DNA of 63,419 nt, filler included, from Choristocarpus tenellus KU-1152 (GCA_964200185.2; 8 parts of 8 records of this genome joined end to end with filler, not necessarily neighbours in it), one strand, 5' to 3'; shown: positions 27,150 through 41,883, counted from the first letter of the whole stretch. Made by a program: numbers and translations. The notes: generated by a model from the sequence alone, not told the origin.

Positions 27150-27650
27150 GTCTCGGTCATTGTGTGACTTCTACCACATCTCTCTACAGGGCAACCTTAC
27201 CCCAACATACACCATCCCCGACCTCCCTACAGGTCTGGAACAAGTGACAATTTCACCAGTAATCGACGACACCAACTACGCCATGGAAAAGCATTCGGAG
27301 AGCAGAACTGGTCTGTATATCTACATTGGTGATTTCACTATTCCTAATGCTGCGTACATCTCCACTTTGTCGCTTTTGTATAACAAGAGAAGAGGTGGCT
27401 GTAATCATAGGCTGCAGGAGTAAAATAACTTTGTCCCCAGCAGGCAGGATGCCTAGGATGTTTTAGTATGAGATTATCACTGGCAGCCTCTGGGGCAAGA
27501 GGCTTGACTGGGATGGGAGGAGAAGGTTCAAAGCACATAACAAAACAAGAATATTCTACAGAGGTGACAAAGTGGATGTGTAAGTCGATCGATTCTACCA
27601 CCGTTCAGTTTGGTAAACCCAAATGCAGAATGACGAGGTGTGGTTAATTG
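27150..27650 (+). mobile_element. Copia-type RT/RNase H relic
   Basis: DDTNYAMEKHSESRTGLYIYIG resembles the Copia RNase H D.DYA....SRTG motif; KHI motif downstream. Confidence 0.45.
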
Positions 27651-28051
27651 ATCAAACCATGTTGCACCTTTCTAGGGGTTTTTCATCTTCTCAACAACTT
27701 GTATGCAAAGGGCTAGTGTAAAAAAAATCGTATGACCCTACTTGACACCACTTGATATGTGTGTTTCGGAGTACATGTACTACTATAGTGCACAGGAAGT
27801 CATTTCTATTCTGTACTTTTTTTTATAGGAGAGGGGAGGTGAAAAAGTACTCGTGAGGTGTCAGACTAGCCCTTCGATTATTTTTTATTCTCCCCAGTTA
27901 CTTGGAGTTCAAGATAAGAGGCATCTTTCTGCACTTTCTCGGGATCCTTAAAATGCAACCCCGCCTATACCTCAGTTTTGCCTTAGAAAGAGTGTCTACT
28001 GAATTGTAGTGTCAATTTATGTGTGGAAAGGGGGAATAACAATATTGCACA

Positions 28052-28146
28052 TAAAGTAATGTAATAGAGTGCATTACACAGGGTAAGAAATATAGCTTGG
28101 GATGCAAAAGGGTCCAAACATATCTTCCTCTCAATTGGTTTGGCTC
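28052..28146 (+). repeat. Short dispersed repeat family C (~95 bp); other copies 30861-30948, 39886-39981, 57303-57400(-)
   Basis: Shared aatagagtg.att.cacagggtaagaaa...tgcaaaag...caaacct.cctacctctcaattg.tttgg. Confidence 0.8.
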
Positions 28147-28519
28147 AGCCCCATGATCGAAGCACTTCATAACATGCTGTACACACGAGCAGCATGTTCG
28201 GTGTTCTGCTACACTACATCGTTTTCCTCGTATGTTCAGGGACAAATTCACCTTGCTTAGTAGTTGACACAGTATTATACTTAGCTATGTGGAACCTCCA
28301 ACCCCCAACACCAGAGAGAGAACATCACCCCATCATGCCCCTCTTTCAGCAGGAAATAGCGACCAAAAACAGGTAGGTGCCCTAAAAAAAGTTGCTTCCC
28401 ATGGGAACCCGCAACAAACGGGGACCTTTTATCGTGTCCTTCAAGTGCAGGACGGACTCATTCCAAGAATCAATGGGCCTGTCGCCCATCCCGTTGATGC
28501 TGACGATTTTATATTTGGT

Positions 28520-28780
28520 ACCATTGTGGAAAGCATGTTTGTCTGTTACAATACCGTATTGCCGTATGCCATATACCGTTATACNNNNNNNNNNNNNNNN
28601 NNNNNNNNNNNNNNNNNNNNNNNNNNNNTTAATTAATTAANNNNNNNNNNNNNNNNNNNNNNNNNNNNNNNNNNNNNNNNNNNNACCATGATTCCTCATC
28701 GCTAGTAGTCTACGCATTTTACCTACATGTACGATGCATTCGATTCAGGTTTCAACAGGTTATCAGCCTCACACGATTCC
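28520..28780 (+). mobile_element. LTR-like repeat spanning a gap, followed by PBS-like GGTTATCAGCC
   Basis: tgttacaataccg... before the gap; ...ttcaacaggttatcagcctcacacgattc after it. Confidence 0.55.
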
Positions 28781-30034
28781 ACTTCCTACATGGACAGAGT
28801 AGAGGAGTGTCTCAAGATTTTGCTTGTCCACGTGTGGGAATAAGATTCGAAGTGTGCGGATTGAGTTGATTTGAAGTTGGGATTTAATTTTGGGCTGATT
28901 TGATTCTCACTGCATAGTCAGATCAGAAAAGTGTGTAAAGATTGTGCTGGGCCATTTGTGATAATAGATTCGAAGTAGTATTTTATATACGCACAGACGA
29001 TGATGCGGGACATTAAAATATATTGAGGTGGGGTATTTGACCAGAAGCAATTGGCGGAATGTTAGCGTAGGAGTGTATCTGACGTGTGCAAGAGAACTGT
29101 TGAGCCTTTTGGTATTCTGAGTAATTTACTGTAAGCCAGCCCCATCTACTGATGGTGTCTCACTCTATTCTCAATTGTGATACAAGCTAGCAAACAATAA
29201 TATATCTGGTGTGGGACAACAGATCGTCAAGGACAGCTTAACATCCACCAGTGAAATCATCCAAACATTTTTGACGTCCACAGTCACATAAATTTCGTGG
29301 TGTGGAAATTGCGAGGTTAGGGTTCAGTCCCTACTCTATCTCAACTGTTCGCCAGAGAACCCATACTGGACAGAGTGGAGGTCCGAGGGGGAAGAACTAA
29401 GGTCAGACCCAGACACAAGATGCAAGATAGGCTGTCATGACTCTCTTTCATGCCTACCTCTTCAGTCTTTGATAGCAGTGCTTTGACTCCTTCTGACTAC
29501 CCCTCAAGTACGTTGAAGACATAAATGTAATATTATTTATTTAGGAAAGATGACACTGTATTGTAGATAGCTTTGAAAAAAGCATTGGATATAGTGATAA
29601 CAAAGCAAGAGCTCCATTAGGTATCAGGGTTGTCTACTAACTCATTATCATCAGTCATGTATAAGATTGATGTATTCTCGTTTCTAACAAGGTAATAATT
29701 ATGATCCTCATTGAAATATCGTATTGACCTTGCTTCCTTCTACGGTCAGTCCAATGCTGTTGCCTTTGACTTCGAAGTATCATACAACTTATACTATCTC
29801 AACTCCATTCCTAAGCTAAGGGCTTACTGAAAGTATGATGTAGCCCAATATCACCTGAATAATCAATGAGTAAAATTAAGTTACACTCTTCATTTATTTG
29901 TGGTATTGTATGTTATAAGGCATTGTTAATTAAATCTGAGGGAATTCACGGATGCTCTAGTACGGAAGGAGTGAATTATAGTCTGCACTATATTTTATGC
30001 ATTATTCTTTGTAGGTCATTGGATTTCGGAATGA

Positions 30035-30291
30035 GACCCAAAGCACTTAGGAGGGTAGGGCCGCGTCCGTTCGGTATCATAAATCCAATGTTGCGACTTT
30101 GATGGATTCTGACTATCGTGTATGTTAAGAAGTGTCAATATCCTTGCTCCGGACACACTTTTCATAGTCGTACACATTTTAGGTAACTATGTTAACACAG
30201 AAAAACGAAAAAGGCCCTAAAAAATCGTGGGAAGCCAAGCCCTGAACGGACAAACAGGGCAAAGCTCCTACCCTCTTAAATGCTTTGGGTC
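30035..30291 (+). mobile_element. MITE family A2
   Basis: TIR gacccaaagca...tgctttgggtc, TSD TGA. Confidence 0.9.
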
Positions 30292-30439
30292 TGAAGCACC
30301 ATGCTCAAACATAATTTCAACCGAGAACCTCACCACACAGATGACACCTCACCTGATGTTTATGGTGATAAATTGCCAAACCTACAGACTTGTTGCCACC
30401 AGCAAAACATTCGACTCAATCCCTCGGCTTCTTGTATAG

Positions 30440-33400
30440 CACTCCCAGAACCGAGCAGATCGAACGTCTTCGAGCACTTCTACTAAAAAGTGTCATGAAC
30501 GAGGGGGGTGAACATGATGTTGAGAGGGAAACAGAGGATCATGGAGGTAAGGGGTGCAGAGGTCGTGGTGATGTAAATCAAGAGTTGCTGAAGATATATA
30601 TGCACACATAGGATACGAGTCAGCATTGGGTAATATGCATGCTCTTTGTAGGTTTCCTTTGCCGTTCCAACGGTGTTAAAATATTAAGAGTGAAACCAAC
30701 TGAGAGGTAGGCAAGGTAGCATCTCGAGGATCCCGAAAAAGGGAAAAAATACGTCATTTTGTACAATTTCCAGATAGAGCCTCTGCCGAATTGTGGCGTC
30801 ACGTTATGTGTAGAAAGAGGGGTTATCAACTTCACGTACACGATTGTGGAGGTAAAGGGAATAGATGAAGTGCATTGCACAGGATAAGAAAGACGTCTTC
30901 AAATGTGCAACGGTTCAAACCTACCTACCTCTCAATTGATTTGGTTCTTAAGTAATCAATTCTAGAACTTTAATTGAAAATATAGGAGAAGAGGGGATGG
31001 TTTTCTAAACAAAATTCCCGAAATTATTGTTAGAGTTAAAATATTTTAACCCCAGCATGGTAATTTGACGTGGGTCGTAGTGACAATGCGATAACTTCAG
31101 TTCTGAAAGCAGTAGTAGTCAAGGGATCTGTATGAATCACTGATGGTCACACACTGCTTAATCTACCTGTCTTAGCATCGCATGGACCTTAAAATGAAAA
31201 CAGCAATAATTACAGCTCAAGCCAAACAAATTTACAAAAATGCATTACCATAGACATGAGAGCTTGGTTACATCAGCGTGTTATTGAGTACCACTAGTAA
31301 ATAACATAGAAATCCTTGCGATACATGTTGTAGTTTGTAACATTTTTCGCGTGATAATACTATTGATCAGGATATAATTGAGAGGAATGGGAGTCCATAA
31401 ATGTTCCTTGTACTGAATGGTATCATATTTTATACTATGTCCCCTACTTCCTACAATCGTGGGAAGTACGAATTTATATTTTCTTGTTCGTATACACCTG
31501 TTGAAAACACCTGAAGTATATACATTGTAGTTGAAACATCTTGCCGATCGAAACAGATCACAGAAACAAAACCCAGTTGATGATTCAGATTAAGGAAACC
31601 TGGAGAAGGATAGTTGTAAGTTAGAATAGGTTCATATACATGGTTGCATCAACCTACCTTTAGTGCCGTATATTTATTCTTATATGAAAGAATCCTTGCC
31701 CGGAGAAGGTGTGTGTTATCTGCCCCCCACCGGTATCCTTGTTAAGAAAGTGGTGTCAGAGGAGGAAAGAGAGGAAACTCGATACTCAGATCATGTAACT
31801 GGAGAGAAGAACAAACAAGAGTGAAACTTGCATATAATTTCGGTCTCTGGGAGCAGTGAACAAGACGACACTTGGGATGTCAAAAGGGGATGGGAAAGGT
31901 TGTCGTGACAGGATCAGCAGGATAATGGTTTTACTGTTGTGAACGGGTACCTGAGCGAGAAGGACAATGAGTAGTAGCCTACTGGATTGGTTATGAAAAG
32001 GGGGGCGTCTTTAGTGATACCCCCTTTCCTTTGTTCGTGTGATCTGAGTTTCTTATCAAGGGCCTTTTTTGGTTTCTCTTTGTTTACTACTGTTGAGGGA
32101 AAGGTTTATCTCTATGATAGTACCCTCTATCTGGTTGGTCAATATAAATTGTTCGATTTAAGTTTTGTTTGTGCTCGCTTCATGGCAGCCTATTCTTGTA
32201 TTGTATCGTTGTGTATCGCATCCAATCACACGTGTTCTTGTCCCTTCATCTAATATATATATATTTTTTCATTGTTCATTTTTATGTTCCACGAGAAAGG
32301 TGAGTGAGTTGTTTTTCACTTGGAGCGTCAAGTTAAATGCAGAGTGAGTACCGCGAGGTACAAGTGTTCCGCTGGCATATCCATCGACAAGGAACAGCGG
32401 ATCAAGGTAATGGCGGATGGATCATTTCATGGAGGATGGATTTTTCCCAAAATGGTGCGCGGAAAGTGCCCATATGTTTTTTTTGTAAATGTCACAAAGC
32501 TTTTTGAGGACCCCTTTTTGAATGGGAATCCATGCCGAAGGTGGTAGTAGGACATACTTAATTGATGATAATTACAGTACCTACCCCGATTTTGTGNNNN
32601 NNNNNNNNNNNNNNNNNNNNNNNNNNNNNNNNNNNNNNNNTTAATTAATTAANNNNNNNNNNNNNNNNNNNNNNNNNNNNNNNNNNNNNNNNNNNNTCTT
32701 AAACAAAACATGGGAATCCAAGCCCCAAATGGACAAACAGGGGAAAACTCGTACCCTCTAAGATAATTTCACTCTTCAGCGCTTTGTCGAGATCACCTCC
32801 CCGCCTTGTCCGAACAAACAGTATCACCTAATTTCTTTTTTGTTGTCCTTAGATGTTGAATTCGCTTCGTTTCACGAAATTCTGGTTAATCTAATTACTT
32901 CAACAAATACCTTTTCAGATATCTGAAGGACTCTGGGAGGAGGGGTCCCTACTATTGTCAAGTGACTCACGTAAGCACCTGGTACAAGGGTGGGAATGCC
33001 TTGGCATGGCTCTCAGTTCACAATGACTCAAATACAACTACACTGTGCGAATTGAAATACCTTGCAAAGCTTTGTGATTAGGGTAGGCGATCCAAGTGCT
33101 GTGACCAAAAGTGCTTGATTGATTTCAGATATCATTAACAGACATGATACTAGTTTGATAGGTCCCACGTGTGCTGCAAATGGTGGACAGCAATCACAGC
33201 AAAGAAGGAAGCTCAAACAATTTGTTGAGTGAAGTAACCCCTCATTCCAAAAGGTTGACGGAAGCTTTCATGGGGTGGGTTGTGTATAACGTCCATCATT
33301 TGTGATCCACTCCATACTCCGTCCCCAAAGCCCTTTACTGTGGACGTTCGATTCAATTACACCTAAATTATGTGCTGAAGCCTTTGCTTAGCATGACTGT

Positions 33401-34280
33401 ACAAAACAAAATTTAACATGAGAGGGATAGGTAAATCTAAAATATAAAGAAGGGTAGATAGATAGGCACCACAACTATTTTCAGTTAAATGAAAAAGAGC
33501 CGAATTTGAGATTTGAACTCAAGACCTACTCCTTACGAAGGAGCCGCTCTAACCCCTGAGCTAATCCGGCACTGTAACATATGAGGGGATAATAAATATA
33601 CTTTGTAGCTGTGGTTACTTTTTGTACTCTGGTATACTTCAAAATCAATCATGAGGCATGACACTATATAGCGAAGAATATATTACTATATGTTCATGCC
33701 TCAATCGTACATGTGTGCAAGTGCTGTATTTATCTAGATTCATAAGCACACACCAACATGGATATGATTATCGATAAAAGCTTTGTATACATAAAAAGGA
33801 GGAACTAACTAGACTACACGTGCACTACCCCACCAATGAAGGCTCAGCCATCAGGCAGATGTACCCATCTATTCCAGAAAGACCACCACAAGCACCAATG
33901 AGGTCAAATTCCTAGGAAAATAGTTTATCCAAGTTCCACTCAAAGGGCGTCAACTCACCAACTCATCAACTTGTGGATACAACTTGGGAACACAACAATA
34001 ATGAAGGAAATACATACACTATATGGGTGATGTAGTAGTATATATATTGAGAAGGCAAGGTGTATACAGACATCTATCACTCTGCTACTACTACAACTAC
34101 AGTACACTTGCCAGCACTGCCGACTACTATGAATGACGTGTGGACATGGCAAGTTTCGTGTAATAATAATCTCAACAAGAGGTGCTTTGACTTCCACCCC
34201 GATGCATATATTTGCATGTGTGATGTTGTTGAACCACTCTCCGTATGAACTCCTCTCCAGCTGTCTCCAGTCTCGAGTAA
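30440..34280 (+). CDS. 3' part of an unknown multi-exon gene (exons ~30440-30546, ~31691-31820, 32343-32406, 32919-32970, 34261-34280)
   Basis: AG/GT-bounded, phase-compatible exons (TPRTEQIERLRALLLK..., GVCYLPPTGILVKKVV..., ARYKCSAGISIDKEQRIK, ISEGLWEEG...); no recognised domain. Confidence 0.5.
32697..32774 (+). mobile_element. MITE family A right end after gap
   Basis: caagccccaaatggacaaacagg...taccctctaagataatttcactc. Confidence 0.85.
33498..33570 (-). tRNA. tRNA-Thr(CGT)
   Basis: Minus strand folds to a cloverleaf: GCCGGAT acceptor, GCTC/GAGC D-arm, loop TT-CGT-AA, TTGAG-TTCAAAT-CTCAA T-arm; T5 Pol III terminator just downstream. Confidence 0.95.
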
Positions 34281-34866
34281 ACTACAACAACAGTAGTATC
34301 GGTGAAGGCAGTTATTTGAATACTACAAATCGAAAGCACAGCATCAAACCTTCTACTTTATTTAGTCTACTTCAATCACCCTCTCACTCCAAACATAAAT
34401 CTTCCTAGACAAGGGAGGGCTCATCCGCTACCAATTTGTTGTGTGTATGGAGTGACTCAGTCAGGTATACGGCCTGCTGGGGATTGACGCAATGAGTGAA
34501 ATCATTGAAGACGGGGGTCGATATTGACCCTTTCGGTTTTCAACGCATTTTTTTACCTTCTACAATACCTACACTCTACCGCCCACACCTGTCTTATTTT
34601 TCAGCCAACTAGTTGCGTTCACCCTGCACTCTCCTCTTCGCTTTCGGATTTATTGTTCCATGAAAACAGATATGGTTGGTTGGTCCATATTTATATGGAA
34701 CTGGGTAAGTCATCTCTAAAGGAGTAACAAAATCAGACTAACACAGAACCTGTCAATCGAGTAGGTTGGAGGGGTTGAAGGTTGAATCTGGACTTATGTT
34801 GAGTTCTAAATAGGCTAAGGAACGTACCTCCAGGTAGTAAGTGCATTCTTGTTTGCATCACCCGCA

Positions 34867-35068
34867 CCTGCAATGGTGGAGCATACTATGTTCGAACCTT
34901 CAACAATGAATGGTAGATGATACACATGCTATGTAGTAGGTTACAACTACTGCTATAATAAGATGCTGGGCACCTGCAATACTATAGCATACTAAGTTAG
35001 AACCTTCAACAATGGTAGATGATGCATATGCTATGTAGTAGGTTACTACCACTACTATTATAAGATGC
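34867..35068. repeat. ~105-bp imperfect tandem duplication
   Basis: gcatacta.gtt.gaaccttcaacaatg...gctatgtagtaggtta...ataagatgc occurs twice. Confidence 0.75.
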
Positions 35069-37983
35069 CGAGTAATAGTAGCCATGATAATGACTGCATT
35101 ATTTGTTCTTGGTGCACATTTCTTCCATCACTTTCCTCTGATTGACGACCTCTGACCTGACCCCAAAAATATTGTGAGATATTATTTACCGTTACAATCT
35201 TGAACAATATTTTTAGAGGTAAACCAGTACTATTAACTTCAGTCAATGAGACATGATGACAGAATAGTCCGAGGCTTACGCATTGTCCGTCAAAATATCA
35301 GTTAACATTTAATCCCATCAGTAAATTCTTCAGAATACTCCGTCTTCATAGTCATGGCGACTGAATCAAATAATGTGAGTGGCAGTGTTAAATTTAACCC
35401 ATCATGAACGAATCTACAGATCATGCGCTACTACACATACTTCAGGACTTCCTTATTCCTTCGTGGTAGAAAAAGTATCACAATCACTGAACAATTGAAG
35501 ACTGCAAAATATGCCCAATCATAAAAATATCTGGTAGACATTCCAGCATCATGTGCTCCTGATACACCTCATCATAGTATCTTGTGTCTCTCATTCTCTC
35601 AGCAAAATTCAGTCCCTATTCGTTATATCACGATCACTACAGAAAAAAGAGGAAATCAGATACGATACTAACAATTTTGAAGATATGTTGATAAATGTTG
35701 ATTTATAATGCCCATTATTTTATTTTATCGTTCGGACAATGTATTGCTTCGGACCTGCAACACCGTCTTCCATGCAGATAGATCACTCGCACCATGGATG
35801 CTCACCAAAAGAATAATACGTGTGAGTCACGATTCCACTGTTCGAAATACTTGCCTATTTCCCAAGTAGTTGGCAGCCTGCTCCCGAAAAGGTCCCTCCA
35901 TAAAAACTTGATTTTGATATGGAGAGTAGTCATTAACTCAATACCAGGTCTGACCAATCCACTATTGATTCAACTACTCTGCATTTGTCTATTAACATAC
36001 TGTCTGACTTTAATTGGGTTGAACACCCTGTTTCTGCCTCCCACAGCAGGTGTACCCCCAAGTAGCCAAAAACAAGCGTACAACACCTGTTCCAAGCCCA
36101 GTAAGTGCGCTTTGGCTTCTTAATAATAACTCGCAACTTCTCAAAATTCCAAACAAACTCAAACCCTATTCCGCCCATGTTCTCGGAAGACACAAGATAC
36201 AAGAAAGCACCCCATCCAGAACACAAGACCATGCACGATTTGTGCAGTCTCTAGTGTCTGCCATGCTTGACAGGGTGGAAACAATCGAAATCAAGTCCCA
36301 ACAGTCAGACATACAATACCATCTTTACGATCTCTTCTCTTTTGCACTATCAGGTCTCTCTCCTGTTCTACCCTTATGCCCATCAGTTCTAACGGACTCC
36401 CCAGCTGCAGCAAAGAAAGCTGCACTGGCTATATAGAAAGCCGGAACTGTCCAGAAGAGCACTGACTGCAGCTCCAGACCGCCCTTCTGCATCACAGCCC
36501 CGATGAACGGTGGAGCGAGGGTGCCGAAGGCTGACAGAGTGCTGAAGGTGAAGGAGGGAATGAGTTGGGGGAGGGAGGAAGGGAAAGTCTCAGGTGGAGA
36601 AACCTAAAGGTTTGTTTTGGTGTGCTATGGGGATCATTAAAAGGCACAATAGAATGCTTGGTTCCATGCACTGTCAAGGTAAAATAGAAATGTCCACACT
36701 GCATTGCTAGACAGGGGAACGAAGATGATGGGAGGGAGGTGGACAGTTGGAGCAGGGTTAGAAAAGCAACAGGGTGTATGCCATCTTGATAGCAGTGTGC
36801 GGTTGTTTGGTCTAAGAGTCGCATGGTTTGGTCTTTGAATCTCAGGTTGAAGGAGGTGTGAAAAAAAAGGGTCAAATAACGCCTGCTCTCTATTTCGTTG
36901 AGAGTGTGTCCCGTGGGTGGGGCTCAACATCTCAAAGCGACTCTACCAATTGTCGATCACTAAAACATCGCATTACTAAGGGAAGGACTACTAAGGGAAG
37001 GATTACTAAGGGAAGGACACTCGGAACTAGCCTGCACATTCTCCAAACATTCAAACTCATGCACGCATTCGTAGTAAAGGGAAGCAATAGTTGAGAGTAG
37101 ACAAAAATAGGACTAAATGGAGTTGAGGGAATGAGGGGAAGGCGGGACACTGGGTAGGGCGAAGAGGGTAGTATCAATACTTCAAAGTACTACATACTTT
37201 TCCTTCAGAGACAGCCTGAGCCTCGGTGAAGGAGCTGCAGTGCGTGTGGCTTTGGTGTGGAGTCAAGATGCATGTGACAGCGGATTGCAGGCCCAGTATT
37301 CACATGTACCTTTATTACACACTTATAGACTAGGTAATCTGGTGGAATACTAAAAAGGTACTTCTGAGTATCTCGTCAGGTTTGTGAAAAGGGGGATTAG
37401 TAAATGTAAAACCAGTGTATCCACCAAAATGCACGCAGGCAAGCTACATAGTACGCAGCAAAACAAAACTTCAACATAGACAAACAAAAAAATAACAGAC
37501 GCCAAACACAGACAATCACACATACACACATCATGAGACATCAAGAGACATCAATACGCATGTCCAACAAGAGCAGGCGCAGAGAGGTAAAGGAAAGGGA
37601 GTGCATTGCATGGAAGCCTTAAACGGCAAAGCAATCCTAAGGGGGGGGGAGGAGGGACAAAANNNNNNNNNNNNNNNNNNNNNNNNNNNNNNNNNNNNNN
37701 NNNNNNTTAATTAATTAANNNNNNNNNNNNNNNNNNNNNNNNNNNNNNNNNNNNNNNNNNNNCCCCCCCCCAGATACTTTGACCCTTGTACAGGAGGAAT
37801 ATGTGGAATTCTGTATGCACAAGACCTCAAAGCACAGTTTACGCATTGGCAGAGGATATTTTCAATTTGAGGATTAAAGAGATATAGGACCCTGCTGTTT
37901 TGCTGACTATACATTTTTCTTCATCATTATCTTATCTCATATCTTCAACTTGGAAAGTCATTGTCCATCCTTCCTTCCTCCAG

Positions 37984-40848
37984 CCAAGGCCAGTCGGTTC
38001 ATGGTTGGAATCAGAAGGCAAGCGGCCAAGCATGTGGACAGTGAGAAGGCAGCTCAAGCCTCTACTGTTGTTGATCTGAGGTAAGCACATGCCTTGTTTG
38101 GTGTATTCTCCATCTATGTTTGACTAGCACGCTTTGAGACGCCAGACATGATGATGTGGTGGATTTTTCAGTTCAAAGGATTGCGGGCGAAGACTTGTTT
38201 TATAGTCGACTCTCTCGTAGTGCCATAATGTTGACTCTACCCTTCTCACAACCCAAAATGATTTGAGGAAGCAATCCGTATTCCAGCCGAAGTGCTTTGA
38301 AGTCCGAAATACACTGCTGTTGTGTTTCCACACCTAAGTCAACGCAAAAAACGTGCACAATAGAGAATTTGATAATGAGATGGCTCCGGCATCTCTCATC
38401 TGGGTCCCGTTAGGAGTTTCAGTTTACTCCTTTTTGTTTATGACCTGATTATGTTTAACAGATACTAAGTCATGCCCTGAAGCATGAGTAGGAGCCTATA
38501 TCCATATATATATACTACTAGAGTAGATGACGTAGAATGGGTGTGCACCACACCTTGAACAAGGTTCCGTCCAGTCCCATGGATATGGTTTAATTACAGG
38601 ATATAGTGTAGATATATATTATCAAACCATGTACTGTATCTTACTTGGCCTTGGTTGTGTTTGACACTCCCTAAGCTGTTGCAGAACCTCTCCAATATTT
38701 TGCATTTCTGCCTCCTCAGAAATACAACTTGCATAATTTCATAAAATCCGTGGTATGTTATGTCATAATCTCAGTAATGTTGTGTAGTTACTTCTGCCTA
38801 TTTGGATGAGGTATTAGTTTTTCTTTTTGTGCTTGTATCAGAGTCGTTTTCAGAGAGGTTGCACACTACAGTTGTACATGGCGCTATCGTCCTCCTACTG
38901 ATATGACCCTACCAGTCCTTGTACTTGAAAAATGGCGTATAAATTCCTCTCTGTTAGGTAATACGAATCTTGCTCCATGATTATATGTTTCTATCAAGTT
39001 ATAACCAATGCCTTATCTTCCTAGAGTGCACGCCCTATATTGTGTTCTGATACGCACACATTTACTTAGCACAATAGGGTGTGATACAGTACATTTTCCT
39101 AGGGAGTAATATTTAAATCTGCATGCTTTTACCAATATTTCACTCATTGTCAACATTTTCTGTGATGTTTCACATGTTCTGTCATGCAGGAGCAAACTGG
39201 ATATCCTCTGCGTGAGCGTCAAGGAAGAGCTTGACCGTAGTGAGGGACTTGTAAAGGACCAGAATGATGCCATGAAGGTTGCTGTCGACACTCTCACACA
39301 GGTCTTCACTGCTCTCTTCTCATTTAGCCAGAAGCCTTTCCAATTTTTGCTCTACAACTCTGTACCGGCTCCCCTCCTCCCTAGACGCCTCCTTATGCAT
39401 AACTTGTGCACTCCATGTCCGCGAAATGTTTGTTCGTGTTCTTCAATTTTTTGGAAACCTTCACGTTGGTTAAAGTCAAACCAACAGAGAGGTAGGCAGC
39501 ATTTGCATTTTATGGATCCCGATAAAGGGAAAAAATATTAAATTCTGGACAGTTGCAGAAAGAACCTTTGCTGAATTGTGGTGTCACTTTGGGTATAGAA
39601 AGTGGAAATCAATTTTTCGTATGAGCCAAAGTATCCTAGAGGGTAGAGTCGCACCCATTTGAGGGATCCAATGTTGCGATTTCGATGTAATTTTGACTAT
39701 CGTATTTGTTAGGAAGTGTTACTGTCTTTGTTCCTGTCACAGCTTTTCATAGCGTATACATTGTACCTACTCCGAAAAAAATTGGAGTAGGAAAATGTCA
39801 TAAAAAAACCCCATGGGAAGCCAAGCCTCAAACAGACAAAACTTCTACCCTCTAAGATACTTTCACTCGTATAATATTGAACCTATAGAGCAATGAAATA
39901 GAGTGTTTTGCACAGGGTAAGAAAAATGACATAGAATGCAAAAGGATCCAAACCTGCCTACCTCTCCCTTGATTTGTCTCTTATCACGGTACCATGCTGC
40001 ACACCTGTCTTCGGTTGTAGTATTTCCTTAGCTTCTCTGAACTTCTAACCTTCTAACCCTAGTAAGTAACAGAATGTGGCGAAATTGCTGTCTGGTGACT
40101 GTGAGTGTCATATTGCTTGGACCCCATAATTCCAGAGACACGATGAAGCTGTCCAAATTTGGAAGAAGCTTGCCCAGCTGGGAGAGAGCATAAAGCAGCA
40201 CTATGATGCTGTAGAGCAACACGTCAACACACAGATCGAGTTTAAGCTCTCTGAGACTGGTGAGTGAATTTTAAACTTACGTGGTCATGCCGCGAATTTA
40301 CTGCTATTACGTCTGTTAGACCCACTTGCTACTGAGTCATAGTATCTTAGGGGGAAGGGCTGCGTCCATTTGGGGGCCGAAATCCAATGTTGTGATTTTG
40401 ATGTAATGTTGGTTATCGTGTTTGTTAGGAAGTGTCAATATCCTTGTTCCAGACACACCTTTCCATAACGTATACATTTTACCTACTCCAACACATTTCG
40501 GAGTAGGTAAAATGTCATAAAAAACCCGTGGGAAGCCAAGCCCCAAACGGACAAACAGGGAAAAACTCTTACCCTCTAAGATACTTTCACTCACTCATCA
40601 TAGCGGATAATACAAGAGTAGGCTGTCATGGAAATGGCCTTGCAAGGAAGGATTACTACTCTAAAACCACCTCATACAAAATCTGAGCTCCCAGAATATA
40701 TTGCAGTATTGTGCTAATACTATTTTGCAATTACGTTGGTGTTACTGTGCTCCCTGTTTTTTACCACCATGCAGAGGAGGTGATCCAGAACATCCTAGAC
40801 CAACCAGACAACATGCTGAGCATATTTGGTAGTGCCACCAAGGCCTGA
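37984..40848 (+). CDS. 3' part of an unknown helical/coiled-coil protein; exons 37984-38080, 39190-39301, 40136-40259, 40775-40848
   Basis: Four AG/GT exons with compatible phases ending at TGA (...VSVKEELDRSEGLVKDQNDAMK...HDEAVQIWKKLAQLGE...NMLSIFGSATKA*). Confidence 0.7.
39623..39868 (+). mobile_element. MITE family A1 (intronic)
   Basis: TIRs; flanks GTAT/GTAT. Confidence 0.9.
40334..40592 (+). mobile_element. MITE family A1 (intronic)
   Basis: TIRs; TSD ACT. Confidence 0.9.
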
Positions 40849-41059
40849 GGGAGATGGTGGGGGAGCACAGGTTGCATGACACCAATATCTGTGTAGGGAT
40901 GCAATGAATTAATCACAAACAGCCGTTTCTGCTTAGCCGGGTTGGACCCATGGTGTGAATTGACAGCATACATCTAGACCTTCCAGAAGGCGACCAACAT
41001 AGAACCGTCACTCAAATTCCTAATTTCTTGTACTTGAAGATGTTATGAACAATAAATAT

Positions 41060-41300
41060 AATAGTACAAGATCCAGCCATTGCATCATGGTTTGAAAGCT
41101 ATCACACATGCCGACAAGGGGGATGGAGGAGGCAAAAAATGTATACTCCTTGCTGCATCCATGAAGCAGTACTTGTCCTCTGATTTCAATAGTTTTCTTG
41201 AAACACTGTCAATCAGTAATCACTATGGACTTACAAAAGCAAGCAACACACGTTTCGGTCCTTCTTGATTATGTGAACACAAACGGTTGGTTCTCAAGAA
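41060..41300 (+). mobile_element. Possible hAT transposase relic
   Basis: LHHGLK...LTKASNTRFGPS loosely resembles the hAT C..H.L / TRW.S region. Confidence 0.3.
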
Positions 41301-41648
41301 GCTCAAGTGCATATTACTTACACACAAACGTATATGGATATAGACATGCCGTGTATTGAGTCCATGCATTTCAGATAATTGTTGCACCTAATACATGCTA
41401 TTTGGGAAACCCCATTTCAACAGGGGAACCACGCAAACCAAACACTGGAATAATACCTAACGCCTAGAGCTATTGTTTGTATAATTAGAAATAAAATAGT
41501 TTTTTTACAGTTATCTTCAAAACTGTGATAATATCCTTGTGTAGTCAAATACTGGAGAGTATATACACATTTTGTGACAATAGTTGCATGGAGAGGGTCC
41601 AGTATGATAAGGATGCAACTTATCTTAGTCAGGGCGAAAGTAGCAGCA

Positions 41649-41883
41649 GAGTGAAAGTATCTTAGAGGGTACGAGTTTTGCCCTGTTGTTTGTCCATTTG
41701 GGACTTGGCTTCCCATGTTTTTTTAAATGACATTCTCCTACCCCAAAATGTTTAGGAGTAGCTAAAATGTATACATTATGAAGAGGTGTGTCCGGAACAT
41801 GGATATTGAAACTTCCTAACAAACAGGATAGCCAAAATTATATCAAAATCGCAACATCGGATTTTGACCCCCAAATGGACGCG
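41649..41883 (-). mobile_element. MITE family A1, inverted, cut by gap
   Basis: gagtgaaagtatcttagagggtacgag... Confidence 0.85.
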
